From positions 114,948,001 to 115,012,000 of the forward strand of contig OX597816.1 in the NCBI GenBank assembly GCA_951406725.2: a stretch of DNA of 64,000 bases. Reading direction: 5' to 3'. This DNA comes from Octopus vulgaris (lineage: Eukaryota). A model generated the notes under the pieces. It did no database searches and was not told the origin of the DNA. It worked only from the letters and a program-made list of their open reading frames with translations. Below, in pieces: positions 1-11,135 of this stretch (position 1 is its first letter; each line of letters begins with the position of its first letter). Both the position numbers and the translations under genes were made by a program.

Positions 1-365
1 CATCATCACCATCATCGTTTAACATCTGTTTTCCATGCTAGCATGGGTTGGACAGTGCAACCGGGGTCTGGGAAGCCTGGAGGCTGTACCAGGCTCCAGT
101 CTGATCTGGCAGTGTTTCTACAGCTTGATGACATTCCTAACGCCAACCACTCTGTGAGTGTAGTGGGTACTTTTTACGTGCCAACTGCATAGGTGCCAGG
201 GGAGGCTGGCAATGGCCATGATCAGTTGGTGCTTTTTATGTGCCACCGGCATGGAAGCCAGTTACGGCAGCGCTGGCATCGGCCACGTTCAGATGGTGCT
301 TTTTACATGCCACCAGCACAGGTATTACAACTACAATTTCCATTTGATTTTTGATGTTGATGTTG
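1..365 (-). mobile_element. Family D: 3' end of an RTE-type LINE (or derived SINE) with (GAT)n tail and internal ~55-60 bp VNTR
   Basis: Reverse complement of ...GGCGTTAGGAAGGGCATCCAGC...CATGGAAAACGGACGTTAAACGATGATG; many copies in the window. Confidence 0.7.
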
Positions 366-675
366 ATATATCTTTTATCTTTTGCTTGTTTCAGTCATTG
401 GACAGCAGCCATGCTCAGGCATAACCTTAAAGATGAATGGAAAAGTCAATATTGGTAGTATTTGGACACAGAACATAAAAGCTGAAAGAAATGGCACGAA
501 GCATTTTGTTCAGTCTGCTAACAATCTTGGCAGTCCACATACACTCACACTCTGTGTGTGTGTGTGTGTGCGTGTGTGTGTGTGCATGTGTGTGCATGCG
601 TGTGTGTGTAGGTGTGTGCATGCATATGTATGCATATATGCAGCCAGGTGTATACACACACACACACACACACGC

Positions 676-715
<40 letters not shown>

Positions 716-1394
716 AGTCTCTTTCTTTTATTGGTTTCTGTTATTCCAATTCTGGTTATTCCAATTCTCTTGTTATCTCTAACTGTTCACCTTTGTTTCT
801 CTTCCATGTGCTCCATCTCATCATACATACATACATACATACATACATACATACATACATACATGCATACATAGACATACACAAGCCGACTAGCAATCTT
901 TTTGTGGCTGCTCAACTTGCAAGAAAAAGCAGTTAAGATTTCCCTCAAATCTCATCCTAGAATCATCATTTGGACGATCATAAACATACAAAAAATCCCC
1001 AACAAAATACAAAAAAATAAGCTCACAGCTGGAATGCTTTTGATCATAGGTATGTGCTAATTGAGCATAACTATGATATCCTGGGGCTAAACAATGATAA
1101 CACTGACATTTCTTCTTACCTTTAACGACCCCTCTATTATCTACTTCCTGTTTCTCTTTCCCATTCTTCATCTCTATCACTTTGTGTTTGTCTCTGTGTG
1201 TATACATGTGTTCACAGTGTAATTATATGTTACCTGTCTGTGTGTATGAGTGTGTGTATGTATGTGCATATGAATGTATGTATGTATGTGTGTGTGTGAA
1301 CGTATTTATGTAAGTATGTATGAGTGTGTATATATGTATTTATGTGTATGTATGTACGAATGCATGTATGCATGTTTGTATATAAAAGTACAAA

Positions 1395-1440
1395 TGATGA
1401 TGGAGATACTCCAATGATGATTATGATGATGTTGATGATT

Positions 1441-1489
<49 letters not shown>

Positions 1490-1522
1490 CAATGATGATG
1501 GCTGTAATGGTGGTAATATCAG

Positions 1523-1557
<35 letters not shown>

Positions 1558-1820
1558 CTGCCACTGCCACTGATGCAGATGATAACATTGATCATATGAT
1601 CAAGATGACCAAGATGAAGATGATGATGAAGCTGATGATGATGATGATGATGATGAGGGAGAAGACTGGGCGAAGAAGAAGCCGAAGATGAAATTGATGA
1701 TGATACCATTACAGATGAATGATAGTGGTGACGGTGATGGTGGTGGTGGTGGTGGTGGTGGTGGTGGTGGTGGTGGTGGTGGTAGTAGTAGTGTTGTTGT
1801 TGTTGGTGGTGGCGGTGCTG
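1395..1820. repeat. Compound trinucleotide microsatellite (GAT/CTG/GGT)
   Basis: Direct reading. Confidence 0.95.
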
Positions 1821-1869
1821 TTTATATTTCTGTTTCATTGGGAAGCGGGTAAAAAAAAAAAACTCTTAC

Positions 1870-1929
1870 TTTGTAGAACTAACTGATGCTTGATGGCTTT
1901 TCTTCACAGCTGCGTACTTAGGTGGCAAA
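1870..1929 (-). CDS. Candidate 60-nt exon (LPPKYAAVKKSHQASVSST), unknown gene
   Basis: CCAG|...|GTAAGA boundaries, only one open frame, contains a PPxY motif; polypyrimidine tract is weak. Confidence 0.25.
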
Positions 1930-1964
1930 CTGGATTTTCATACGTGCGCACACACACACACACA

Positions 1965-2001
<37 letters not shown>

Positions 2002-2054
2002 ACACACACACGCATGCACACACACACACACACACACACTTGCAGAATCCTCAC

Positions 2055-2072
2055 CCACTCTTCACAGAGGAG
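2055..2072 (-). CDS. Candidate 18-nt microexon (SSVKSG)
   Basis: CTGAC branch-like motif, pyrimidine-rich CCCCCAG acceptor, GTGAGG donor; open in the same phase as 1870-1929. Confidence 0.2.
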
Positions 2073-2429
2073 CTGGGGGTAGGCCAGGAGTCAGAAACAC
2101 CAGTCTTTACCCCTTGCCTTCTGTTTCTACAACTCATTTTTAGGGATTTGATTTATTTATTCTATTTATTTAGGCTGTTTAGACAGGAAAACTTCCCAGC
2201 CTACAAATTGTAAAATCTCTTCCCCTTTGACTTACAAACATATGTAAGCGTGTGCGTTTGTATGTGTGTGTGTGCTTGTATGTGTGTTTACATTTGAATG
2301 CAAACATGCCTGTATGTGTCTGATGAGGAAGTGTATTTTAGGTATATATATATATATATATATATGCACATATATACACACATATATATATATATACATA
2401 TATATACATATATGTGTATGTATATATAT

Positions 2430-2461
<32 letters not shown>

Positions 2462-2904
2462 GTATGTATGTATATATACACATGCACACATGTATATATG
2501 TATGTATATATATATGTGTATATGCATATACATATATATGTGTGTATATATATATATAGGTGTGTATATGTATATATATATATATATGTATGTATATGTA
2601 TATATATATTTATTACATGTTTACATGCATATATACGTATACATATGTATGTGTGTGAGTGTGTGTGTGTTTGTGTGTATGTGTGTTCTTAAGTTTGTGT
2701 ATATAAGTATCTGTGTTTCTAAGTGGGTAGTAGTAAATTAGTTACGTGTGGATACACATACATAATAATAGATTGGCAATGAGTCGCTAGTAATACATAT
2801 GTTTGTTAAAAGGTTTGCAGAGATACAATGTATGTATACACACATGCACACACACATATATACATGTATGTAATGTTTGTGCGTGTGTATGTGTAAGCAA
2901 GAGA

Positions 2905-2958
<54 letters not shown>

Positions 2959-2984
2959 TCAATAGTGAAAGTAGAGTTACATAA

Positions 2985-3170
2985 CAGCTTGATTTCAAAT
3001 GCCTATAGCACAAGGCCAGTAGTTTCACGAATTATATCAAACCTCACTGTTTCAAAAAGATGAAAGGCAAAGTCACCCTCAGTGAAATTTGACCTCAGAA
3101 TGTAAAGTCAGAAGAAATGCCATTATGCATTTTGTCTGGTATAGCAAAGATTCTGCCAGCTCGCTGCCAT
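2985..3170 (-). mobile_element. Family A tRNA-derived SINE
   Basis: GGCAGCGAGCTGGCAGAATC head; TAGAGTTACAT target-site duplication on both sides. Confidence 0.8.
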
Positions 3171-3360
3171 AGAGTTACATCATTTATTAGAAACTAAGCC
3201 TTGGACAATTATGATTTGTCCAAGGAATGGAAATTTCAATACACACAAACACAATTTTTCACCCTTATTATTTTAAATTTAAATTTAAATTGCTATGTTC
3301 TCTAACCGGCATAATTCAGTGCAGAAAATTATTTCTGGTAGTTTGGCATGCCAAAACGAA

Positions 3361-3897
3361 GATTTTTGAAAGGTGACCCCAATTGTAATTGGTAGAACTA
3401 TACACGTTCAATCTCATGTAGACGTTTCATCTATAGTTCTGCAAATTATATTTGCAAAGACAATCACACGGATGAGTTGTGGACAATTACATGAATGATT
3501 ACATAAACGATATATATATATATATCTATATATATAAAACTGTAGTTGTGTGAGTGTCTGTCCCCTTCGATTTAGATTCCTAACTACTCCCACATTTTGC
3601 GGTGCAGTTTAACCAAATTCGGGTATCTTATAGTCGTGATTCATATCGAGCCCGTCTGAGTAGATTTTTGAAAGGTGACCCCAATTGTAATTGGTAGAAC
3701 TGTATACACGTTCAATCTCATGTAGACGTTTCATCTATAGTTCTGCAAATTATATTTGCAAAGACAATCACACTGATGAGTTGTGGACAATTACATGAAT
3801 GATTACATAAACGATATATATATATATATCTATATATATAAAACTGTAGTTGTGTGAGTGTCTGTCCCCTTCGATTTAGATTCCTAACTACTCCCAC
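3361..3897 (+). repeat. ~235-bp direct duplication (3361-3591 / 3663-3897) of flank plus Helitron 5' end
   Basis: Near-identical copies; two small differences seen (tatacacg/tgtatacacg, cacgga/cactga). Confidence 0.9.
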
Positions 3898-4094
3898 GAT
3901 TTTAAAAATAATGTAACATCATTTTTTATTCCATTTTAATGCATAATTTTTCGTATGTCGATGGCGGCGGAGTTGGCGTCCATGGTCACACCTGCACAAG
4001 CCCGAATTAGCATCTATAAGGGAAGTAACTCTCTAAAAATGCTTATATAGTTATTTCCCTTACAAACCCAAGCAACGCTGGGCGATACTGCTAG
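3525..4094 (+). mobile_element. Non-autonomous Helitron
   Basis: 5' TCTATATATATAAAACTG; 3' GC-rich hairpin CCCAAGC-AAC-GCTGGG then CTAG; inserted between A and T. Confidence 0.75.
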
Positions 4095-4564
4095 TATATA
4101 TATATATATCAGAGGTGACTCCAGATCATCAGCGTCACTCAGGCTCATCACAGATTTTGTATAAGATTCATGACCAAATCAGGTGCATGTGAACAATGTC
4201 AAGAGAACGTCTGCTTCAAATGTTATTTTTTGACACAGGACACTTCTAAGACACTGCCAGACACTAAACAAAAATAAATGAACTATGACCAGGTTCAGAA
4301 AAAGGAACCTGAGTTATTGGCTGCAATTACATACTTGAATCAGTGTTGGCAGAAATTAAATCAGCTTCCAAATACTCATTCATTTTACTAAATTTATACT
4401 TGGGCTAAACTCAAACAGCCCAAGTGCCAGATTCGCCACTGATTTATATACATACATATAATTTTAAAATAGGATAAAATCTTTTTAAGAATTTATCACG
4501 TAGTCAGCATGAAAAACTTCATAAGGGAAAAAATTATAATTATTCCCTTTAAATATATTTATTC

Positions 4565-4741
4565 ATATTATGGGCATTAATACACATAAATGGCTAATGC
4601 TATGAGGGACTCTTAAAGCCAAAACTACCATAATAAATACAGTGTACTGAACGTAAGGATACACTGTATTCATAATGGCAGTTTTGACTTTAATTGTCCC
4701 TCATAGCATGAGGCATTTATGTGTATTAATGCCCTTAATAT
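4565..4741. repeat. ~82-bp-arm inverted repeat with 13-nt loop, near (TA)n
   Basis: Arms 4565-4646 and 4660-4741 are reverse complements with scattered mismatches. Confidence 0.9.
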
Positions 4742-4793
4742 AAATATACATACATACATGCATACATATATATATATATATGTGTGTGTGTGT

Positions 4794-5610
4794 ATTATCA
4801 CTGGAAATACTTCAACCAAATTCCATTTAAATAAGGAAAGCATACTCATTAAAAAGTATAAACCATAGCTGAATATCCTTTAGAAAGAAGTTAAAACACT
4901 AAAGAGAAAAAGGAAAAAAGGCTCAATTTCTCCACAAAAAACAACCATAAACAACAAACACTTCTAAAAACTTTAGTAACAGTCTTCCACCAGGTTTTCG
5001 AAACTGCAACTCCAAATCACCATACAATAACACCACACAAACACCAGTTGCTGATGTCACCTAATTCTAGACCAATGAAATTTTACTTCTGATCAAAACC
5101 AAACTTCAGCAAATACAACAAAATGAACCTTTAAGCTGATGACCATTCCCCACAGGGAAGCCAATCAACAAACTTGACCACCGGAAAAACAAGACATCAC
5201 CAGTACTTGCACAAATCAAAAATCAGATCTACTCATGGAAAAAATTATAAATACATTGGATTCTGAAGCACAACGCTACAAGCGAAAGTTCCTTCACACA
5301 ACAGAAAGAGAATCAGAGAAATTGTAAACCAAATCCCTTCTTTTACTATCATCATTTCTCCCTTGTTTTTCTTCCTCTTAACTCAGTATGACCGAAACTT
5401 TGTTGATATTTATTTCTTGTCGATCCCTACTAACACTATTGAATTTTGTACATTTATACAAATCGATGCACAGTTTTTATATTATTGACTGTTATGAACA
5501 TTTAAACTTGTCAACATTGAAACTTTAAACATGTTTTTCTAATTCACTGATAAACAAAAAATATTGTTGAAACTAGTTTGATATATAAATAAATTTATTT
5601 TAAACAATTA
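4794..5610 (+). mobile_element. Degraded Penelope-like element 3' remnant (GIY-YIG C-terminus plus pLTR-like end)
   Basis: Translation IITGNTSTKFHLNKESILIKKYKP*LN resembles the PLE 'ESxLIKKxxPxLN' motif; hammerhead-like relic at ~5543-5581 followed by AATAAA. Confidence 0.5.
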
Positions 5611-5652
5611 CATGTTTTTCAAATTTAAGTACATTTTCAACAACTTTGCCTA

Positions 5653-5719
<67 letters not shown>

Positions 5720-5749
5720 ATGTATATAGATTGATAGATATAGATATAG

Positions 5750-5920
5750 ATATACATACAACAGGCTTCTTCCAGTTTCCACCAACCAAATCCACTCACA
5801 AGGCTTTGGTTGGCCTGAGGCTATAGTAGAAGACACTCGCTCAGTGTCATGCTGTGGGACTGAACCCAGAACCATGTGGTTGGGCAGAAAACTTCTTACC
5901 ACACAGCCACTCCTGTGCCT
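5750..5920 (-). mobile_element. Family B tRNA-derived CORE-like SINE (5' part)
   Basis: GGAGTGGCTGTGTGGTAAG A-box region and GGTTCAGTCCC B-box. Confidence 0.8.
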
Positions 5921-6107
5921 AAAATCAATTTTACATTAAACTGAATGATAACTCATTGTTTTTTGAAGTGTACATATTTTTTATAGAATTCAGTAAAGAC
6001 TTAGCATGCCAAAACTTCTAAGTCACTACTAACACTATTCGTGTTAAAGAATAATAATGTGTATGCATGTGTATGTGTACATATAAACTTACGCACATAC
6101 ATGTGTA

Positions 6108-6146
<39 letters not shown>

Positions 6147-6540
6147 ATATACACATACATACCGACACGTACACCATACATAAGTATCTTATATACAACA
6201 AATATACAAATACAGATAAGGAAGATGAACAAGAAAATGATAGAAAGAGAAGGCATGAGATGAGGTAAAGAAAGATAGAGAAATAAGATAGGAAGGAAAG
6301 AAAGTGTGTTGAAGAAATGGGGTGGGAGGCAATCCTTCAGCGAGGGACTAACAGTGCCTGGTTTTCACTCAACACTTGTTTAATGGTTTGACTGATTATC
6401 AGCAATTAGTTAGCAATATAGAATACAGCTGTTGTGAAGAATGAATTGACACACTGTTGTTACTTTATTATTGCGTGCACCAATAACTGTGTTCACACAT
6501 ATTGCCCTTTTTACTCACATACATATACATATGCAGCTTT

Positions 6541-7420
6541 CATCAACATCATCATCATCATCATTTAGCGTCCGTTTTCCATGCTAGCATGGGTTGGACG
6601 GTTTAACTGGGGTCTGTGAAGCTGGAAGGCTTCATCAGGCCCAGTCAGATCTGGCAGTGTTTCTACGGCTGGATGCCCTTCCTAACGCCAACCACTCCGT
6701 AAGTGTAGTGGGTGCTTTTTACGTGCCACCCGCACAGGTACCAGACAGAGCTGGCAAACGGCCACGAACGGATGGTGCTTTTACATGTCACCGGCATGGG
6801 GGCCAGGCGAGGCTGGCAATGGACACGAACGGATGGTGCTTTTACGTGCCACCGACAGAGCTGGCAAACGGCCACAAACGGATGATGCTTTTACGTGTCA
6901 CCGACACGAGGCCCAGACAGAGCTGGCAAACAGCCACGAACGGATGGTGCTTTTACGTGTCACCGGCACGTTTATCATCATCATCATCATCGTTTAACGT
7001 CCGTTCTCCATGCTAGCATGGGTTGGACGGTTCGACCGGGGATCTGGGAAGACAGAAGCCTGCCCCAGGCTCCGGTCTTATCTGGCAATGTTTCTACAGC
7101 TGGATGCCCTTCCTAACGCCAACCACTCCGTGAGTGTAGTGGGTGTTTTTTACGTGCCACCTGCACTGGAGCCAGGCGAGGCTGGCATCGGCCACGGTTG
7201 GATTGGTGCATTTTACGTGCCACCTGCACGGAAGCCAGTCGAGGCAGCACTGGCTTCGGCCATGATTCGGATGGTGCTTTTTACGTGCCACCGACACGGA
7301 AGCCAGTCGAGGCTGCGCTGGCATCGGCCACGATTCGGATAGTGCTTTTTACGTATCTCCAGTCCAGGGGTCCTGGCATGTGCCAGGTGCCAGTCATAGG
7401 ATTGGTTCAATTTTGATTCC
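6541..7420 (-). mobile_element. Two tandem Family D RTE 3' ends with expanded VNTR
   Basis: Two (CAT)n-started copies (6541-6970, 6975-7420), each with several GGTGCTTTTACGTGCCACC units. Confidence 0.8.
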
Positions 7421-7467
7421 GATATATATATATATATATACAAGGCCAAAGAGGGTACGGGCGCCGC

Positions 7468-7822
7468 TATATATATTATATGTAGAAAAATACAAACTGG
7501 GACAAGAACGTAAAACATTTACAAGACGATACAAAAAACACGGACGGGACATTCGAAGCCTTCAATCTTCAGTCAAGAACCTGTCCTTGTTTCGTATACA
7601 TTCGATCCTTTTTCCAAGAAATCTAATGCTCGTAGCTTAGTTTTTCCTTGGGGCTGGCCGGATTGGAGCGATCTCAAGATTAATCAGCCGAAATTGCGAG
7701 GATGATCCGGTTCTTGACTGAAGATTGAAGGCTTCGAATGTCCCATCCGTGTTTTTTGTATCGTCTTCTAAATGTTTTACGTTCTTGTCCCAGTTTGTAT
7801 TTTTCTACATATAATATATATA
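7468..7822. mobile_element. (TA)n-flanked fold-back element with ~114-bp inverted arms
   Basis: Arms 7468-7581 and 7709-7822 differ at two positions; CpG-rich, so probably young. Confidence 0.75.
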
Positions 7823-7828
7823 TGTATG

Positions 7829-7862
<34 letters not shown>

Positions 7863-8110
7863 TACACATATAGCCGGTCAGAGAGTCGCCATTCGTTTCA
7901 AGCCTATAATGCTCTTAGCGATGTCTGCGACTTGTGTGTGCATGTGCATGTTTATGTACATGTGTGTGTGTGTGTGTGTGTGCGTGTGTATGTATACATA
8001 TTTATATAAAACTAACTCTCTTCCCCCTCTCTCTTTCTTTGTATTATATATAAATATAAGACATGAACAGATAGATAAATAGATAGACAGATAGATATTC
8101 ATATATATTC

Positions 8111-8146
<36 letters not shown>

Positions 8147-8163
8147 TCATATATATATATATA

Positions 8164-8199
<36 letters not shown>

Positions 8200-8200
<1 letters not shown>

Positions 8201-8520
8201 AAAACCCCCTTTGGTCACGAGTGACCATGGGATTGCACCTAGAAAGTTACCCTCTCAGGCACAAGTCCAGGCAAGGTTGTTTATAGAAGACCAGCAGTCA
8301 CCCATGCATACTGGCCACCCTCTCCCTGCCAAGGGAAAGGCAAAGGCCAATACAGCTTGGCACCTGTGATTTTGCAACTCATTTCTACAGCTGAGTGAAC
8401 TGGAGGAACGTGATATAAAGTGTCTTGCTCAAGAACACAACATGTGGACCAGTCCGGGGTTCGAACTCACAACCTAGGAATCATAAGCTCAATGTTCTAA
8501 CCTCTGAGCCATGCATCTTC
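8200..8520 (-). mobile_element. Family C tRNA-derived CORE-like SINE
   Basis: GGTGCATGGCTCAGAGGTTAGAAC-like head, GTTCGAACCCC B-box, CTTGAGCAAGACAC core. Confidence 0.8.
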
Positions 8521-8525
8521 ACTAT

Positions 8526-8566
<41 letters not shown>

Positions 8567-8650
8567 CACATACATATATATCTGTGTGTATTTATGTATT
8601 TATGTACATCTCTCTCTCATTCTCACTCTCTCTCTTTCTCTCTCTCTCTC

Positions 8651-8739
<89 letters not shown>

Positions 8740-9249
8740 TTACATATATACATGATATAACCAAGGGTATCTGAAGTTTAGATGTATGTGCGGATCTGTT
8801 CATTTGGCGACTATTTTAGTCTGATGTTGAGTCATGTCTAAAAGCTAAAGAACATTCCACAATGCTTGTATTCTCTCAAGCATCCTTTGCCTTGTCATGT
8901 TTTCGACTACTCACTTAACACACCCACTGGTACCTTGCCATCCCCAATAGATAAGATGTATATGTACAAAGAAGAAAAGAAAGGAAACAGGAACCCTCCC
9001 TAATCTGAATTATGGTTCAGTATCAGTCAACAGTTTTGACTTTGAGAGCATGGCTTGCCTCCTCATTTTATTACTTTTTTTCTATTCCTACACAACACAT
9101 GCGTACTTACAAATGTACACACACACACACACAAGGAAACACACATAAACACACGCACATACACTATGCTCAGCAAAATTAAGATTATCACTTTTTATCT
9201 TACTCCCTCCATACATGTGCGTGTATGTTTGTGTGTGTATATATATTTT

Positions 9250-9449
9250 TTCTTTTATTCTTTTACTTTTTCAGTCATTTGACTATGACCATGCTGGAGC
9301 ACTGCCTTTAGTTGAACAAATCGACCAGAACTTATTCTATCAGTCACATTTGCTGAACCGCTAAGTTACAAGGGGACGTAAACACACGAACATTGGTGTC
9401 AATTTATGTTCAGAGGGGGACAAACACAGAAACACAAATATACACACAG

Positions 9450-9483
<34 letters not shown>

Positions 9484-9645
9484 ACAGATGATAAGCTCCT
9501 TTCAGTTTTGTGTCTACCAAACCCACTCACAAGGTTCTGGTTGGTCCGATGCTGTAGCAGGAGACACTTGCACAAGGTGCCACACAGTGGGACTGTACCC
9601 AGAACTATGTGGATGGGAAGCAAGCTTCTTACCACACAGCCACTC
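9250..9645 (-). mobile_element. Family B SINE, full length with internal (TG)n
   Basis: Head, core, microsatellite and ...CTCCAGCATGG...GACTGAAA...AAAAGA tail. Confidence 0.8.
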
Positions 9646-9679
9646 CTATATACATACATATATAAACATATATATGTAT

Positions 9680-9729
<50 letters not shown>

Positions 9730-9732
9730 GTA

Positions 9733-10682
9733 CAGGCTGTGATGGGTAAATTGTTGCCATACAGTTTTAATTTCATTTTAATTTCATGTTTTAATTTCAT
9801 GCATGTGCATTGTTTGTTTTTGATTTTGTTGACTACACAGCATAGTAGGGTACACAGCATAGTAGGGTCAGTTGGGCACCATCTGTCAGAAAAAAAAACA
9901 TGATGCAACTCACTCTGCCAGAAATTTGGAAATAATATGCTACACTGCTTGGCATTCACACCAGAAGCTCCAATATGAACATTTCAGTGTTTGGGTGTCA
10001 ATCTGAGGACAGTGCAATCTGAGGACAGTTCAATCTGAGGACAGTTCAATCTGAGGGCAGTGCAATTTGAGGAGATGTACCAAGAGTGATAAAAATCAAA
10101 CATCCAGCCAACATCATGGTATTCAGAGTGATCACATGTGATGGCAACGTTATGCCTCCATTCATCTTTCTACACTGCCTCACACTCAACACAGAGGCCT
10201 ACATCATCATGTGTGTAGAAGGCAGAGCTGCTGGAGGACCCTTTGTCTGACAACAGGACTCTGCACCATGCCACATCAGCAGGTGAACCCAGTCGTGGCT
10301 GTCAGACAATTTCTGCAACAACATCACTCCTAACATCTGGCCATTTAACTCCCCAGACTGCAATTCTTTTGATTATTATGTGCAGCATGCAGTTGAGTGA
10401 GACACCAACAAAACTCCTTGTAACACCAAAAATGAACTGAAGGCAAGGATTATGGTAGCACTCACCAACTTAAATAAGAAGACCATCCAGAAGAGTTGCA
10501 GAAGATTCTGAAGTCATCTACAGGCTGTGGTTGAAGCCAAAGGCAATTTTATTGAATAAATTTACTCTTTAGTATTTCAAGATATTTTTTATGTAATTTT
10601 GGTAAATATATCTGTTAAAACGAGATGTCAGTGTTATTTTCATTTTTGTGTAATTTAGACAACAGATATTCACTGCACCCTG
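9733..10682 (+). mobile_element. Internally deleted Tc1/mariner element, DD37D (maT) family
   Basis: TA on both sides; degenerate CAGG.TG.. TIRs; transposase relic KHPANIMVFRVITCDG..., QQDSAPCH...WPFNSPDCNSFDY with 37 residues between the last two Asp; internal stops. Confidence 0.85.
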
Positions 10683-10734
10683 TATATGCACACACACACA
10701 CACACATATATACATAAATACTTATACATGTAGT

Positions 10735-11135
10735 CTTTTATTCTTTTGTTTGTTTCAGTCATTGGACTGTGGCCATGCTGGAGCACCGCCTTTAGTCGGA
10801 CAAATCAATCCCAAGACTTATTCTTTGTAAGCCTAATATTTATTCTATCAGTCACTTTTGCCAAACCACTAAGTTACAGGGACATAAACACACCAACATC
10901 GGAGTCAAATGATGGTGGGGGCATCAGGAAAAAAACAGACACACAAACATATACATATTTATATATATATATAAATATATACGATGAGCTTCTTTCAGTT
11001 TCTGTCTGCCAAATCTATTCACATGGTTTTGGTCATCCCAAGGCTATAGCAGAAGACTCTTGCCCAAGGTGCCATGCAATGGACTGAACCCAGAACCATG
11101 TGGTTGGGAAGCAAGCTTCTTACTACAGAGCCACA
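10735..11135 (-). mobile_element. Family B SINE
   Basis: Same head and tail as the other copies. Confidence 0.8.

Noticed and set aside
1875-1921. Plus-strand ACTAAC...CACAG acceptor and 12-nt exon
   Set aside because: Weak GTGGCA donor, and it overlaps a better minus-strand candidate.
382-3063. Many His/Thr/Tyr/Ile/Cys-Val-rich ORFs, here and throughout the window
   Set aside because: They are translations of (CA)n, (TA)n, (TACA)n and (CAT)n microsatellites.
6710-6965. CRISPR-like repeat-spacer pattern
   Set aside because: The 'spacers' are similar to each other; this is the VNTR of Family D.
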